Source of the DNA: an uncultured Bacilli bacterium
GTDB lineage: Bacteria > Bacillota_I > Bacilli_A > RF39 > UBA660
Reading direction: 5' to 3'
NCBI GenBank assembly: GCA_934183185.1
Contig: CAKPSO010000005.1
Coordinates: 890 to 64,889 of the forward strand
DNA length: 64,000 nucleotides
Numbering within the stretch: the stretch's first letter is position 1; every line of letters starts with the position of its first letter. The translations under genes and the position numbers were made by a program. The notes beneath the pieces were generated by a model. The model was not told where the DNA came from. It ran no database searches and saw only the letters and a program-made list of their open reading frames with translations. This document shows, in pieces, positions 18,190 through 27,983 of the stretch.

Positions 18190-19072
18190 AATAGATGTAT
18201 TAAATAAATATAGTATAAAGCCATTATACTATCAAAAGAAGAAACATGTAGATATTATTACCTGTAGTAATGGTAGATATGTAATTAAAAAGACTAATAA
18301 TAGTAATATTTATGAATACCTAAGAGTTAGAAATTTTAATAATTTTCCTAATTCTATTACTAATAATACTGATTCTTATGAAATAGTAGATTATATAGAT
18401 GATATAGAAGTACCAATGGAACAAAGAGCTCAAGATTTAATATATTTAACTAGTATTTTACATGCTAAAACTACTTTTTATAAGAATTTAGATACTGATA
18501 CTATTAAAGAAATATATGAAAAGATAGTTAACATGCAGACTGATGTTTATCAGTACTATATGAATATACAAGATATAATAGAAACTGAAGTTTATATGTC
18601 TCCTAGTCATTATTTATTAATACGTAATATTTCACTTTTTTATAAATGTATTAGACTAAGTAAAGAATATATTGATAAGTGGTATGATATTATAAAAGAT
18701 AAAAAAAGATTAAGATATGCTATGACTCATGGTAATTTAGATAGTAGTCATATAATAGAAAATGAAGATATTTATTTAATTAGTTGGGATAAAGCTAAGA
18801 TAGATAATCCAATATACGATTTAAATAATCTTTATCGTAATAACTTTATTAGACTAGATTTAATAGATATGCTTAATATTTATGAATCTAAGTATGAGTT
18901 GAGTCATGATGAAAAGTATTTATTATTTAGTTTGGTTTTGATTCCTAATAGATTAGAAGTTATGGATACTGAATATTTAAATGTAGTAAATGTTAGAAAG
19001 ATAGTTGAATATATGCTTAAAATTAATAATACATTTTATAATCATATTTTACCTAAAACGGAGAGAAATTAA
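18182..19072 (+). CDS. CotS-family spore-coat kinase-fold protein (YsxE-like)
   Basis: THGNLDSSHIIENEDIYLISWDKAKIDNPIYDL (HGD/N...N...D catalytic-loop pattern). Overlaps the spoVID-like stop. Confidence 0.65.
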   Translation: MNKIDVLNKYSIKPLYYQKKKHVDIITCSNGRYVIKKTNNSNIYEYLRVRNFNNFPNSITNNTDSYEIVDYIDDIEVPMEQRAQDLIYLTSILHAKTTFYKNLDTDTIKEIYEKIVNMQTDVYQYYMNIQDIIETEVYMSPSHYLLIRNISLFYKCIRLSKEYIDKWYDIIKDKKRLRYAMTHGNLDSSHIIENEDIYLISWDKAKIDNPIYDLNNLYRNNFIRLDLIDMLNIYESKYELSHDEKYLLFSLVLIPNRLEVMDTEYLNVVNVRKIVEYMLKINNTFYNHILPKTERN

Positions 19073-19082
19073 TCTCTCTGTT

Positions 19083-19301
19083 TTAAAATATAATTCTAAT
19101 AAAGCCAATTATAACGCAAGCCATTAGTAAGAATATTAATATAGCATTTAATCTAGTAGTTATGAAAATAGTAAATATTACTTGCCACATTAATATAATT
19201 AATAATGATAGAAGAATACCCATATACCATAAACTACTTCTTCTTTTTATTTTACACATTTCACATCTACAGAAAAAGCCATGTCTTTTTGATTTAAACA
19301 T
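19083..19301 (-). CDS. small membrane protein, hypothetical
   Basis: CxC..C N-terminus followed by two TM helices. 72 aa. Confidence 0.4.
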   Translation of the reverse strand: MFKSKRHGFFCRCEMCKIKRRSSLWYMGILLSLLIILMWQVIFTIFITTRLNAILIFLLMACVIIGFIRIIF

Positions 19302-19388
19302 AAGATTTCACCTACTATAATATATGCCTGTCAAACTAGTTTGACAATTAATCTTAATTACTTTATAATGTTTTTAGGAAGTGTTACT

Positions 19389-19682
19389 ATGGATATTAAT
19401 TATGATAATAAATCTAATGGAAATAAGTTCTGTTTCGGGGAACTTAGAAGAGAATATTTAAAGAATGATGGTAGTTTAGCTACTGATGTTCATACTAATA
19501 TAGCTTTAGTTAGATTAGATGAGGATAGGTATATTCGTTATTGGGATTATTTAGCTGGTAGGGTTGATAATGTTTTAACTACTAGTCCTAGTATGTTTAA
19601 TACCTGGTATGTGGATAAAAATAGTGTAGTTGATTCTGTTACTTCAGCTATTGAACAGAATGTTAGTAATAGAAAAAGATAA
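19389..19682 (+). CDS. hypothetical protein
   Basis: AGGAAG RBS before ATG 19389. No motif recognised. Confidence 0.4.
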   Translation: MDINYDNKSNGNKFCFGELRREYLKNDGSLATDVHTNIALVRLDEDRYIRYWDYLAGRVDNVLTTSPSMFNTWYVDKNSVVDSVTSAIEQNVSNRKR

Positions 19683-19689
19683 ATAAAAA

Positions 19690-19907
19690 CATAGAAGTCG
19701 AGGTATAAAAGATATTTTTAGTAGAGAGCTTATGGTGGGTGAAAATAAGTAAAAGTGCTTTTATTGGTAGCGATGGAGTTTAATTAGTGAGTTTAGTAGC
19801 TAATTACGGTACTTGCCGTTATAAGAAATTGAGGGTATTCTAATTTAGAATGAATTAAGGTGGTACCGCGGGTTAACTCGTCCTTATATATAGGGAGGAG
19901 TTTTTTT
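19690..19907 (+). promoter_or_regulatory. T-box riboswitch leader (probable Val specifier GUA)
   Basis: AGAGAG bulge plus GGTGGGTGAAA distal loop. T-box AATTAAGGTGGTACCGCG (19853-19870). Terminator ACTCGTCCTT/AGGGAGGAGT plus T7. Specifier loop TTGGTAG (19764-19770). Confidence 0.8.
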
Positions 19908-20651
19908 ATGAATTATTTTAATGTTAGAGAAGAATTTGATAAGTATGTAGATAGTTTTGGTAATAGTGAAATGATCCTTTTGAAAAAGTATCATAGTTAT
20001 GCAGTTAGTGATTTAATGGCAGAACTTGCTTATAGGTTAGAGCTAACTGATGAACAGATAGTGATTGCTAGAATTATTGGTTTACTTCATGATATTGGTA
20101 GATTTGAACAGTATAAGGAATATAAATCTTTTTCTGATAAGAACTTTGATCATGCTAAGATGGGATGCAAATATTTATTTGATGAAGGACATATTCGTGA
20201 TTACTTAGATGATAATAGTTATGATGATATTATTAAGAATGCTATTTGGTATCATAATGTTTTAGAATTACCAGTATTAGATGGAAATGTTTATTTGTTT
20301 AGTAAGATGATATGTGATATGGATAAAGTTGATATCTATAAACAGATGGCTATTCACTTTCATATGGAATTTGATGCTAAAGAAGTTAATGAAAAAGTAT
20401 TAGAAAAGTTTAAAATAGGTAAATTAATAGATATTAATATTGAGAAAAGTAAGAGTGATGCTATTATTACGCAGTTGGCTTTTATATATGATTTTAATTT
20501 TAATGAAAGTTATGATATATTAGTTGATACTGATAACTTTGACTTATATTTGTCAGTAGTTGAAGTTTCAGAGGATAGTGAAAAGTTATGGAAAAAATTA
20601 AGAGAATTATGCTTTGATAAAATTAATAGAGGAGTAGATATAAATGAATGA
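19908..20651 (+). CDS. HD-domain metal-dependent phosphohydrolase
   Basis: H...HDIGR (LLHDIGRFEQ), a downstream DHAKMG and WYHN. First gene after the T-box terminator. Confidence 0.75.
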   Translation: MNYFNVREEFDKYVDSFGNSEMILLKKYHSYAVSDLMAELAYRLELTDEQIVIARIIGLLHDIGRFEQYKEYKSFSDKNFDHAKMGCKYLFDEGHIRDYLDDNSYDDIIKNAIWYHNVLELPVLDGNVYLFSKMICDMDKVDIYKQMAIHFHMEFDAKEVNEKVLEKFKIGKLIDINIEKSKSDAIITQLAFIYDFNFNESYDILVDTDNFDLYLSVVEVSEDSEKLWKKLRELCFDKINRGVDINE

Positions 20652-21087
20652 AAGAGGAACTTTGTGGATAGTGCCAGATGAAAATAAAATTATGCAGCCT
20701 TTATTTAAGGAACAAGTTGGTGATGGTATTAGTCATACTACACACATGATAGAATTTATTAGAAAATATGGTTTAGATTTAGATGTTAAGGAAACTGATT
20801 ACCATGAGGGGCCATGTATGATTGCTGAAGATGGACATTTAGTTATTAAGTCAACAGATGATGTATCTCAGTTAATATTTTATATTCCAGATGTAATTAC
20901 TAATCGTCAGATTGAGTTTGTTTGTGAAAATCAATTTATGTTTTCTAATTATCAATTAATTGGTGGATACTCACTAAGATATTTAGATGGGGAAATAGTG
21001 TGGAAAACATTACATGGTATGAATGAAATTATGCTAGAGATTAATAAAAAAAATATGGCATACAGTGAAAATATAAAGAGGAGGTAG
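20644..21087 (+). CDS. hypothetical protein, tandem paralogue A
   Basis: LWIVPDENKIMQP...AEDGHLVIK...IFYIPDVIT. Paralogous to the next ORF. 8-nt overlap with the HD gene. Confidence 0.55.
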   Translation: MNERGTLWIVPDENKIMQPLFKEQVGDGISHTTHMIEFIRKYGLDLDVKETDYHEGPCMIAEDGHLVIKSTDDVSQLIFYIPDVITNRQIEFVCENQFMFSNYQLIGGYSLRYLDGEIVWKTLHGMNEIMLEINKKNMAYSENIKRR

Positions 21088-21091
21088 TAGT

Positions 21092-21532
21092 ATGGAAATA
21101 ATGAAAAATAAATTATGGATTATAGCTAATGAAAATATGATACAACCTAGTGTATTTACTAAAGATGTATCTTCTACTGATAATTATAGTAATGCTTTAA
21201 GAGAATTTAATAATAGATATCAATTAAATCTTAATATTGATGACTATTTTACTTCAGCTTATTTACTTGCAGAGATGGGACATATGGTAGTTATGAAGAA
21301 TAATATAGATAAACAAGTAATAATATATATTCCAAGGGAAGTAACAGTAGGACAGTTAAATTGGTTTAGAGATAATCAAAGTGAACTTTCTAATACTGCT
21401 ATTACTGCTATGGTAAATGGATATATTTTAAGTGATGGAGTTGATAGTGCTGAACTACATAGTATTAATGAAGTGTTGTTGGCTTTAGATAAAAACAGAA
21501 TTAATGTACATAGTAATTTTATGAGGAAATAA
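21092..21532 (+). CDS. hypothetical protein, tandem paralogue B
   Basis: LWIIANENMIQP...AEMGHMVVMK...IIYIPREVT. GAGGAGG RBS. Confidence 0.55.
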   Translation: MEIMKNKLWIIANENMIQPSVFTKDVSSTDNYSNALREFNNRYQLNLNIDDYFTSAYLLAEMGHMVVMKNNIDKQVIIYIPREVTVGQLNWFRDNQSELSNTAITAMVNGYILSDGVDSAELHSINEVLLALDKNRINVHSNFMRK

Positions 21533-21533
21533 T

Positions 21534-21665
21534 ATGTTAGATAAAAAATATGATCATAAGAGTGTTGAAGAAAATAAGTATGATTTTTGGAAAGATAATG
21601 GTTTTTTTGAAGCAGGAAAAGATAAGAGCAAGGTACCTTTTTGTGTAGTAATACCACTTCTTTAA
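21534..21665 (+). pseudogene. valS 5' fragment (43 codons), duplicate of 23778-23899
   Basis: 122 nt almost identical to the true valS start, differing in a short cluster at codons 10-11 (KSVEE vs KIVEE). Diverges after ...GTAGTAATACC and stops at TAA 21663. Confidence 0.85.
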
Positions 21666-21690
21666 ATAAAAAATTATAGGAGGTGATTTA

Positions 21691-23418
21691 ATGGAGAGAG
21701 ATTTAAAATTAATAAAGGAAAAGTATGGCGAAAAAATGATGCACTATTGTAGATCAGAATTATCAACTATTTTAGAAAATGATGGGTTATTACCAAGTTT
21801 ACTTTTAGAACATTTTAATGAAAGTCATATGTTATATGATGATATTGAAAAAGAGGGTAAACTAGAAGAATTTAAAAACTATATATATAGTTTAATTGAT
21901 GTTGAAAATAATAATGAAAAATTAGAAAATAGAACGCCAGAAGAATTATTAAGTAAAGCTGGTTATAATTTTTATGAATGTAAAACAGAGGAAGATATTC
22001 AATCATTTAAAAAATATTATTTTAAAGGTGAAGAACTATGTACATTTAAAGGTGGAAGATTAGAAAAATGTCATGTATTTTTTGCTGTTAAAAAGAATGT
22101 AGATGAAATAAAAAGAGAAAATTTTTCTAAACCTAAGAGACAAGATGAATATGGAACATCTGTTATAAGTATTCAGTTTACAAAAGGAAGTTGTGCTTTA
22201 TCAATTAAGAATAGATATAATCATACAGTAAATAATCCAGATGCAACTTTTTCAAATAATCTAGATAATATAATAGAAGGATTAGCAAAAAGTTTTGAAA
22301 ATCAATATGGGTTTGTTCAAGAAAATAATAGTGATTTTGAATTAAAAAATTATGTTAATGTTAAAGGAAAATATTATAAATATAATTATGAAATTGATAA
22401 TGTTTATTATTGCTTAGATAATATTATAATAGATAATTTTGATGTAAAAAAATATGATGATGAGAGATACATTGTATTCGATTATTTTGTACTTGATTTA
22501 AAAGAAAAGAAAATTTTAACAGAAGTGGAAGATGATTCATTTATAGATGGAATAGTAGATATAGATAAAATAAATATTGTAAAGTTAGAAAATGGAAAAG
22601 CAATTCATTTAATCCCTATAAATGGGGAAGAAATTATAATTGAATTAGATAAACAAAATAGGATTGTAAAATATAAAAATAATAATATTAAACGATGCGA
22701 TGATGATTTTTTGTATTTCAATGAGTCATTACAAGAATTAAATTTGCCAAACCTAGAACGATGTGGTGATAATTTTATATATTATAATAAATCATTACAG
22801 GAATTAAATTTACCAAGCCTAGAACGATGTGGAGATAGTTTTTTGATTTCTAATGAATCATTACAGGAATTAAATTTACCAAGCCTAGAACGATGTGAAG
22901 ATAGTTTTTTGCTTTCTAATGAATCATTACAAGAATTAAATTTGCCAAACTTAAAACAATGTGGAGATGGTTTTTTGTTTAGCAATCAATCACTACAAGA
23001 ATTAAATTTACCAAACCTAGAACGGTGTGGTAATAATTTTATATATTATAATGAATCATTACAGGAATTAAATTTACCAAACTTAAAACAATGTAGAGAT
23101 GGTTTTTTGTCTAAAAATAACTCATTACAAGAATTAAATTTGCCAAACCTAGAACGATGTGGTAATAATTTTATATATTATAATGAATCATTACAGGAAT
23201 TAAATTTACAAAACCTAGAACAATGTGGAGATAGTTTTTTGTCTAAAAATAACTCATTACAGGAATTAAATTTACCAAACTTAGAACAATGTGGAGATAA
23301 GTTTTTATATTATAATCGTTCATTACAAGAATTAAATTTACCAAGCCTAGAACGATGTGAAAATAGTTTTTTGCTTAGCAATCAATCACTACAAGAATTA
23401 AATTTGCCAAAAAAATAA
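21691..23418 (+). CDS. leucine-rich-repeat protein (about 330-aa unknown N-domain + 10.5 x 22-aa LRR), no signal peptide
   Basis: Repeats SLQELNLPNLERCGDNFIYYNx. GGAGG RBS. Confidence 0.75.
   Translation: MERDLKLIKEKYGEKMMHYCRSELSTILENDGLLPSLLLEHFNESHMLYDDIEKEGKLEEFKNYIYSLIDVENNNEKLENRTPEELLSKAGYNFYECKTEEDIQSFKKYYFKGEELCTFKGGRLEKCHVFFAVKKNVDEIKRENFSKPKRQDEYGTSVISIQFTKGSCALSIKNRYNHTVNNPDATFSNNLDNIIEGLAKSFENQYGFVQENNSDFELKNYVNVKGKYYKYNYEIDNVYYCLDNIIIDNFDVKKYDDERYIVFDYFVLDLKEKKILTEVEDDSFIDGIVDIDKINIVKLENGKAIHLIPINGEEIIIELDKQNRIVKYKNNNIKRCDDDFLYFNESLQELNLPNLERCGDNFIYYNKSLQELNLPSLERCGDSFLISNESLQELNLPSLERCEDSFLLSNESLQELNLPNLKQCGDGFLFSNQSLQELNLPNLERCGNNFIYYNESLQELNLPNLKQCRDGFLSKNNSLQELNLPNLERCGNNFIYYNESLQELNLQNLEQCGDSFLSKNNSLQELNLPNLEQCGDKFLYYNRSLQELNLPSLERCENSFLLSNQSLQELNLPKK
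22691..23412 (+). repeat. 66-bp tandem coding repeat (LRR units)
   Basis: About 11 in-frame units with high nucleotide identity. Confidence 0.9.
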
Positions 23419-23473
23419 AAACTAATTTGCTATTTAATATATTAAAACAAGGCAAAAAAAGGTGAGAATAATA

Positions 23474-23755
23474 ATGAAAAAAGTAACTGTAAAAGATAAA
23501 GAAGACTATATCTACTATTTAATAGATGGTAACATGGAGTATAAATTAAAAATAGAATTCTATGATTTAAATATTTTACCTAAAAAAGGAGATAATCTTT
23601 ATCTAGATGAAAAACTTTTAAAAGAAAAAATATTGCTATCATTTGGTTTAATTAATAATACTGATGGAAAAGATATCAATTTATTAAAGGAAGATGAAAT
23701 AATAATTTTAGATAATGGTAAAGAAAAAATTTATTTAAAAAGATACTATGGTTAG
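23474..23755 (+). CDS. hypothetical small protein
   Basis: AGGTGA RBS. 93 aa. No motif. Confidence 0.45.
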   Translation: MKKVTVKDKEDYIYYLIDGNMEYKLKIEFYDLNILPKKGDNLYLDEKLLKEKILLSFGLINNTDGKDINLLKEDEIIILDNGKEKIYLKRYYG

Positions 23756-23777
23756 TTAAATATAAAGGAGAATAAAT

Positions 23778-26312
23778 ATGTTAGATAAAAAATATGATCA
23801 TAAGATAGTAGAAGAAAATAAGTATGATTTTTGGAAAGATAATGGTTTTTTTGAAGCAGGAAAAGATAAGAGCAAGGTACCTTTTTGTGTAGTAATACCT
23901 CCTCCTAATGTAACTGGTAGGCTTCATTTAGGACATGCTTGGGATACTACTTTACAGGATATAATGATTCGTTATAAAAGAATGGATGGTTATGATACTT
24001 TATGGTTACCAGGAATGGATCATGCCGGTATAGCTACTCAAGCTAAAGTTGATAAGAAATTAAAAGAACAGGGTATTAAGCCTCGTGAAATGGATAGAGA
24101 AGAGTGGTTGAAAGTAGCTTGGGATTGGAAAAGAGAGTATGCTGAAAACATTCATGAGCAGTGGAAAACATTGGGATTATCACTTGATTATTCTAGAGAA
24201 AGATTTACTCTTGATGATGGCTTATCTAAAGCAGTAAGACGTGTGTTTGTTGACTTATATAATGAAGGCTTAATCTATAGAGGAGAAAGAATTATTAACT
24301 GGGATCCAGTTCAAATGACTGCTTTATCTAATGAAGAAGTTATTTATAAGGATGATGAAGGAGCTTTTTATCATTTAAAATATTATTTAGAAGATAAGAG
24401 TATGTACCTTGATGTTGCAACTACTCGTCCTGAAACTTTGTTTGGTGATACGGCAGTTGCGGTTAATCCTAGTGATGAAAGATATAAAGATTTGATAGGT
24501 AAGAAGGTAATTTTACCAGTAGTTAATAAATTAATTCCAATAGTTGGTGACATCCATGCTGATCCAGAATTTGGTACAGGTGTGGTTAAGATAACTCCAG
24601 CTCATGATCCTAACGATTTTGAAGTTGGAAATCGTCATAATTTGGAAAGAATAGTAGTAATGAATCCTGATGCTACTATGAATGAAAATGCAGGTAAATA
24701 CTGTGGCTTAACTCGTGAAGAGTGTAGAGAAAAGTTACTAGAAGACTTGAAAAAAGAAGATTTACTTATTTCTATAGAACCAATGGTACATAGTGTTGGG
24801 CATAGTGAAAGAAGTGATGCGGTAGTAGAACCATATTTATCTAAACAGTGGTTTGTTAAAATGAGGCCACTAGCTGATAGAGTACTTGAAAATCAGAGAA
24901 ATAAAGATACTAAGGTAAACTTCGTTCCTGAACGTTATGAAAAAACAATGAATCATTGGATGGAAATAACTTATGATTGGTGTATTTCACGTCAATTATG
25001 GTGGGGGCATAGAATACCGGCTTGGTATAAAGATGATCAAGTATATGTTGGAATGGAATCCCCTACTGAGGAAGGATGGGTACAAGATAATGATGTCTTG
25101 GATACATGGTTTAGTAGTGCTTTATGGCCATTTAGTACTTTGGGTTGGCCAGAGGAAACAGAAGATTTAAAGAGATACTATCCTAATAACTGCTTAGTAA
25201 CTGGATATGATATTATACCATTCTGGGTAAATCGTATGACTTTTCAGGGACTTCATTTTACTAACTCTAGGCCATTTAATGATTGCCTAATTCATGGGCT
25301 TATTCGTGATAAGATTGGTAGAAAAATGTCTAAATCCTTAGGTAATGGAGTAGATCCTATGGATGTAGTTAATGAATATGGGGCTGATTCATTACGTTTC
25401 TTCTTAACTACTAATAGTGCTCCTGGTATGGATTTAAGATATGATGAAGAAAAAGTAAAATCTACTTGGAATTTCATCAATAAATTATGGAATGCATCAC
25501 GATATGTACTTATGAATATGGAAGAATTTAAAGGTGAAGATTATACGCTAGATAACTTATCTTTAAGTGATAAATGGATATTAGAAAAATTAAATAAACT
25601 TATAGCTAGTATTAGAAGTAGTATGGATAAATATGAATATCATAATGTTGGTAATGAACTTTATACCTTTATTTGGGAAGATTTCTGTGATTGGTATATT
25701 GAACTTTCTAAAGTAAATATGAATAATACTACTAAGAGTGTATTATTAAAGGTATTAACTGCTATTTTAAAAATGCTTCATCCATTCATGCCATATGTAA
25801 CTGAAGAAATATATCAGATGTTACCTATTAAAGAGGCTAAATCAATAATGATTAGTTCTTATCCAGTAGTAGAAAATATTGACTATAGCAGTGATAGGGA
25901 ACTTATGGATAAAATTATTTTAGATATAGTAGCTATTCGTAATTTAAAGCAATCTAATAATATAACTAAGGATGCTAAAATTATGATTAATGTAGATGAT
26001 GCTTTAAAAGATATTTATTATTCTCAATTGAAAATAAAAGAAGATAATATAATTACAGAAGAGGTTAGTGATTTCTTAAGTAATAATTATCAGTCTAAAA
26101 ATATTAATATTACCTACTATTATGAGGGAAGTAGTGAAGATTCATCTAAAAAACAAGAGGAGATAGAAAAGTTAAAATCTTCTATAGCTAGGCGTACTCA
26201 GTTATTAGCTAATAGTAATTATGTTAATAAAGCTCCAGCTAATATAGTAGAAATGGATAGAAAAAAACTAGCTGAAGAGAAAGAAAGATTATCTTTATTG
26301 GAAAATAATTAA
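23778..26312 (+). CDS. valS: valine--tRNA ligase
   Basis: HIGH ([15 protein letters not shown]), KMSKS (KMSKSLGN), and a C-terminal coiled coil. Confidence 0.95.
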   Translation: MLDKKYDHKIVEENKYDFWKDNGFFEAGKDKSKVPFCVVIPPPNVTGRLHLGHAWDTTLQDIMIRYKRMDGYDTLWLPGMDHAGIATQAKVDKKLKEQGIKPREMDREEWLKVAWDWKREYAENIHEQWKTLGLSLDYSRERFTLDDGLSKAVRRVFVDLYNEGLIYRGERIINWDPVQMTALSNEEVIYKDDEGAFYHLKYYLEDKSMYLDVATTRPETLFGDTAVAVNPSDERYKDLIGKKVILPVVNKLIPIVGDIHADPEFGTGVVKITPAHDPNDFEVGNRHNLERIVVMNPDATMNENAGKYCGLTREECREKLLEDLKKEDLLISIEPMVHSVGHSERSDAVVEPYLSKQWFVKMRPLADRVLENQRNKDTKVNFVPERYEKTMNHWMEITYDWCISRQLWWGHRIPAWYKDDQVYVGMESPTEEGWVQDNDVLDTWFSSALWPFSTLGWPEETEDLKRYYPNNCLVTGYDIIPFWVNRMTFQGLHFTNSRPFNDCLIHGLIRDKIGRKMSKSLGNGVDPMDVVNEYGADSLRFFLTTNSAPGMDLRYDEEKVKSTWNFINKLWNASRYVLMNMEEFKGEDYTLDNLSLSDKWILEKLNKLIASIRSSMDKYEYHNVGNELYTFIWEDFCDWYIELSKVNMNNTTKSVLLKVLTAILKMLHPFMPYVTEEIYQMLPIKEAKSIMISSYPVVENIDYSSDRELMDKIILDIVAIRNLKQSNNITKDAKIMINVDDALKDIYYSQLKIKEDNIITEEVSDFLSNNYQSKNINITYYYEGSSEDSSKKQEEIEKLKSSIARRTQLLANSNYVNKAPANIVEMDRKKLAEEKERLSLLENN

Positions 26313-26354
26313 TTATAGATATTAAAATAAAATATGATAATTCTTAAAATAAAT

Positions 26355-26386
26355 AGCTTAAAGTAGTACTTTAGGTTATTTTTTTA
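26355..26386 (+). terminator. intrinsic terminator after valS
   Basis: About 9-bp stem around AAAGTAGTACTTT, then T7. Confidence 0.55.
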
Positions 26387-26490
26387 ACTTTTTTAAAACT
26401 TTATGCAGTCATCTTCCAACTTTCTTATAATAATTATATTAGGGTGTATCATTGATACACTTAAATATTTAAGGAAAGGGGGAAAATATA

Positions 26491-27345
26491 GTGATATCAC
26501 TTATTGAAAAAGAAACTCTAGTAAATGATAACTTTGTATCACTGTTATCTGATACAACATTTAAGTATCTATATAAAAACATAGATACTAGAAGCTGGTT
26601 ACAAACTATTATTAAAGAAGTATTTCTATTAGATATTACAGATTATCAATTAACAGATAATGAATCAAATACTGGTAATAAAGTAAAAGATTATCGAATG
26701 GATTTAAAACTAGTAAATGGAAAGAATACTATAATAATAGAAATGAATAAAGAGTATTATGAATTTATAGATTCAAAGAACTACCAATACTTGTACCGTG
26801 AAGCTGGAAGTTTATATGATACAGGAGAAGATTATCAAGATAGAAAGACTAAACTAATTTCATTCAATAACTATAGAAATAAGAAGATACCATCATTAAA
26901 GATGGGAAGTTATGTATTTATAGATCCAAAAACTAAATTAAGAATAGAAGATATAGAAAGTTATGAGATTTATTTACCTAATTATAAGAAAGTATGTTAT
27001 GATAGTAGTGAATTAGAAGTTAGCTTAAGTTTATTTAGTGCAGATAGTTTTGATAAGATGAGGAAGCTAACTAATAATCCAAGAGATATAAAGATTATAG
27101 AAGAATTGGAGAGATTAGCTATGGATGAAGAATTCAAATTACATTATAACGCTGAAGCGGTCAAAAGAAAGACAGAGAATTCTATCAAGAAAGAATCTTA
27201 TCGACATGGACTAGAAGATGGTTCTAAGCAAGAAAAATTAGAGATAGCTCAAGCTATGCTAAATGAAAGGTTGGATATGCAGCTTATTTCTAGAACTACC
27301 GGTTTATCAGTAGAAGAGATAGAAAAATTTTGCCAATCATTATAA
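26491..27345 (+). CDS. Rpn-family / PD-(D/E)XK nuclease-family putative transposase
   Basis: DYRMDLKLV...IIIEMNKE (D...D...E.K-like core). C-terminal GLSVEEIEKF helix typical of the family. GTG start. Confidence 0.6.
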   Translation: MISLIEKETLVNDNFVSLLSDTTFKYLYKNIDTRSWLQTIIKEVFLLDITDYQLTDNESNTGNKVKDYRMDLKLVNGKNTIIIEMNKEYYEFIDSKNYQYLYREAGSLYDTGEDYQDRKTKLISFNNYRNKKIPSLKMGSYVFIDPKTKLRIEDIESYEIYLPNYKKVCYDSSELEVSLSLFSADSFDKMRKLTNNPRDIKIIEELERLAMDEEFKLHYNAEAVKRKTENSIKKESYRHGLEDGSKQEKLEIAQAMLNERLDMQLISRTTGLSVEEIEKFCQSL

Positions 27346-27464
27346 ACATTATAAATGTATTGGACTTATTAAGTATCAATATTTAATTTCTTTACTTAGA
27401 GTATTAATAATAGGGAATTGTTAATACTCTTTTGTTTTGATATAATAGTTACTGGTGATTACTA

Positions 27465-27983
27465 GTGAGAAAAAATATTTATAAAATTATGTTGTTAGTA
27501 TTTTTTTTAGATCAGTTTGTTAAAAATATAGTTTTACAGAATATAGATATGGGTGATACAATAACTATTATTCCAAAGTTTTTTTACCTTACATATGTAA
27601 AAAATACTGGTGGAGCTTGGAGTATTATGGATAATTATCCAATTATTTTAACCTTAATTAGTTTTATATGTTTAATAGGACTTAATTATTATTTATCTAA
27701 GAGAGATATTTATAGTAAGTTAGAAACTATTTATTTAGGGCTAATTATGGGAGGAGTACTTGGAAATTTTATAGATAGAGTTTTATATGATGGAGTGATA
27801 GATTTTATTAGTATTCATATTTTTAGTTATCAGTATCCTATCTTTAATATAGCTGATATTATGATAGTAGTTGGATTTATTCTTATTTTAATAGAAATTA
27901 TTTGGGGTGATAAAGATGGAAATAGAAGTAAAGAAAGAAAATATTCGTTTAGATCAATATTTAGTAGAAGAACTAGAAATTAG
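27465..27983 (+). CDS. lspA: lipoprotein signal peptidase II
   Basis: NTGGAWS, GNFIDR, VIDFI and FNIADI motifs. The 3' tail overlaps rluD. Confidence 0.85.
   Translation: MRKNIYKIMLLVFFLDQFVKNIVLQNIDMGDTITIIPKFFYLTYVKNTGGAWSIMDNYPIILTLISFICLIGLNYYLSKRDIYSKLETIYLGLIMGGVLGNFIDRVLYDGVIDFISIHIFSYQYPIFNIADIMIVVGFILILIEIIWGDKDGNRSKERKYSFRSIFSRRTRN

Noticed and set aside
22691-23412. Regular 66-bp repeat array that could be taken for a CRISPR or other non-coding repeat locus
   Set aside because: The repeats are contiguous, with no unique spacers. They stay in one long open frame and encode a 22-aa leucine-rich-repeat consensus. Variation between units is codon-wise.
26444-26460. Palindrome GTGTATCA-T-TGATACAC upstream of the Rpn-like gene, as a possible transposon end
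   Set aside because: It is a single copy with no matching repeat on the other side of the gene. It is more simply an operator or coincidental, so it was not promoted to a finding.
27907-27983. 68-77 nt overlap of lspA and rluD, as a possible sign of a frameshift or fusion
   Set aside because: Both proteins have complete motif sets. The LspA tail beyond the last TM is basic and low-complexity and may be real. Nothing in the sequence demands an error.
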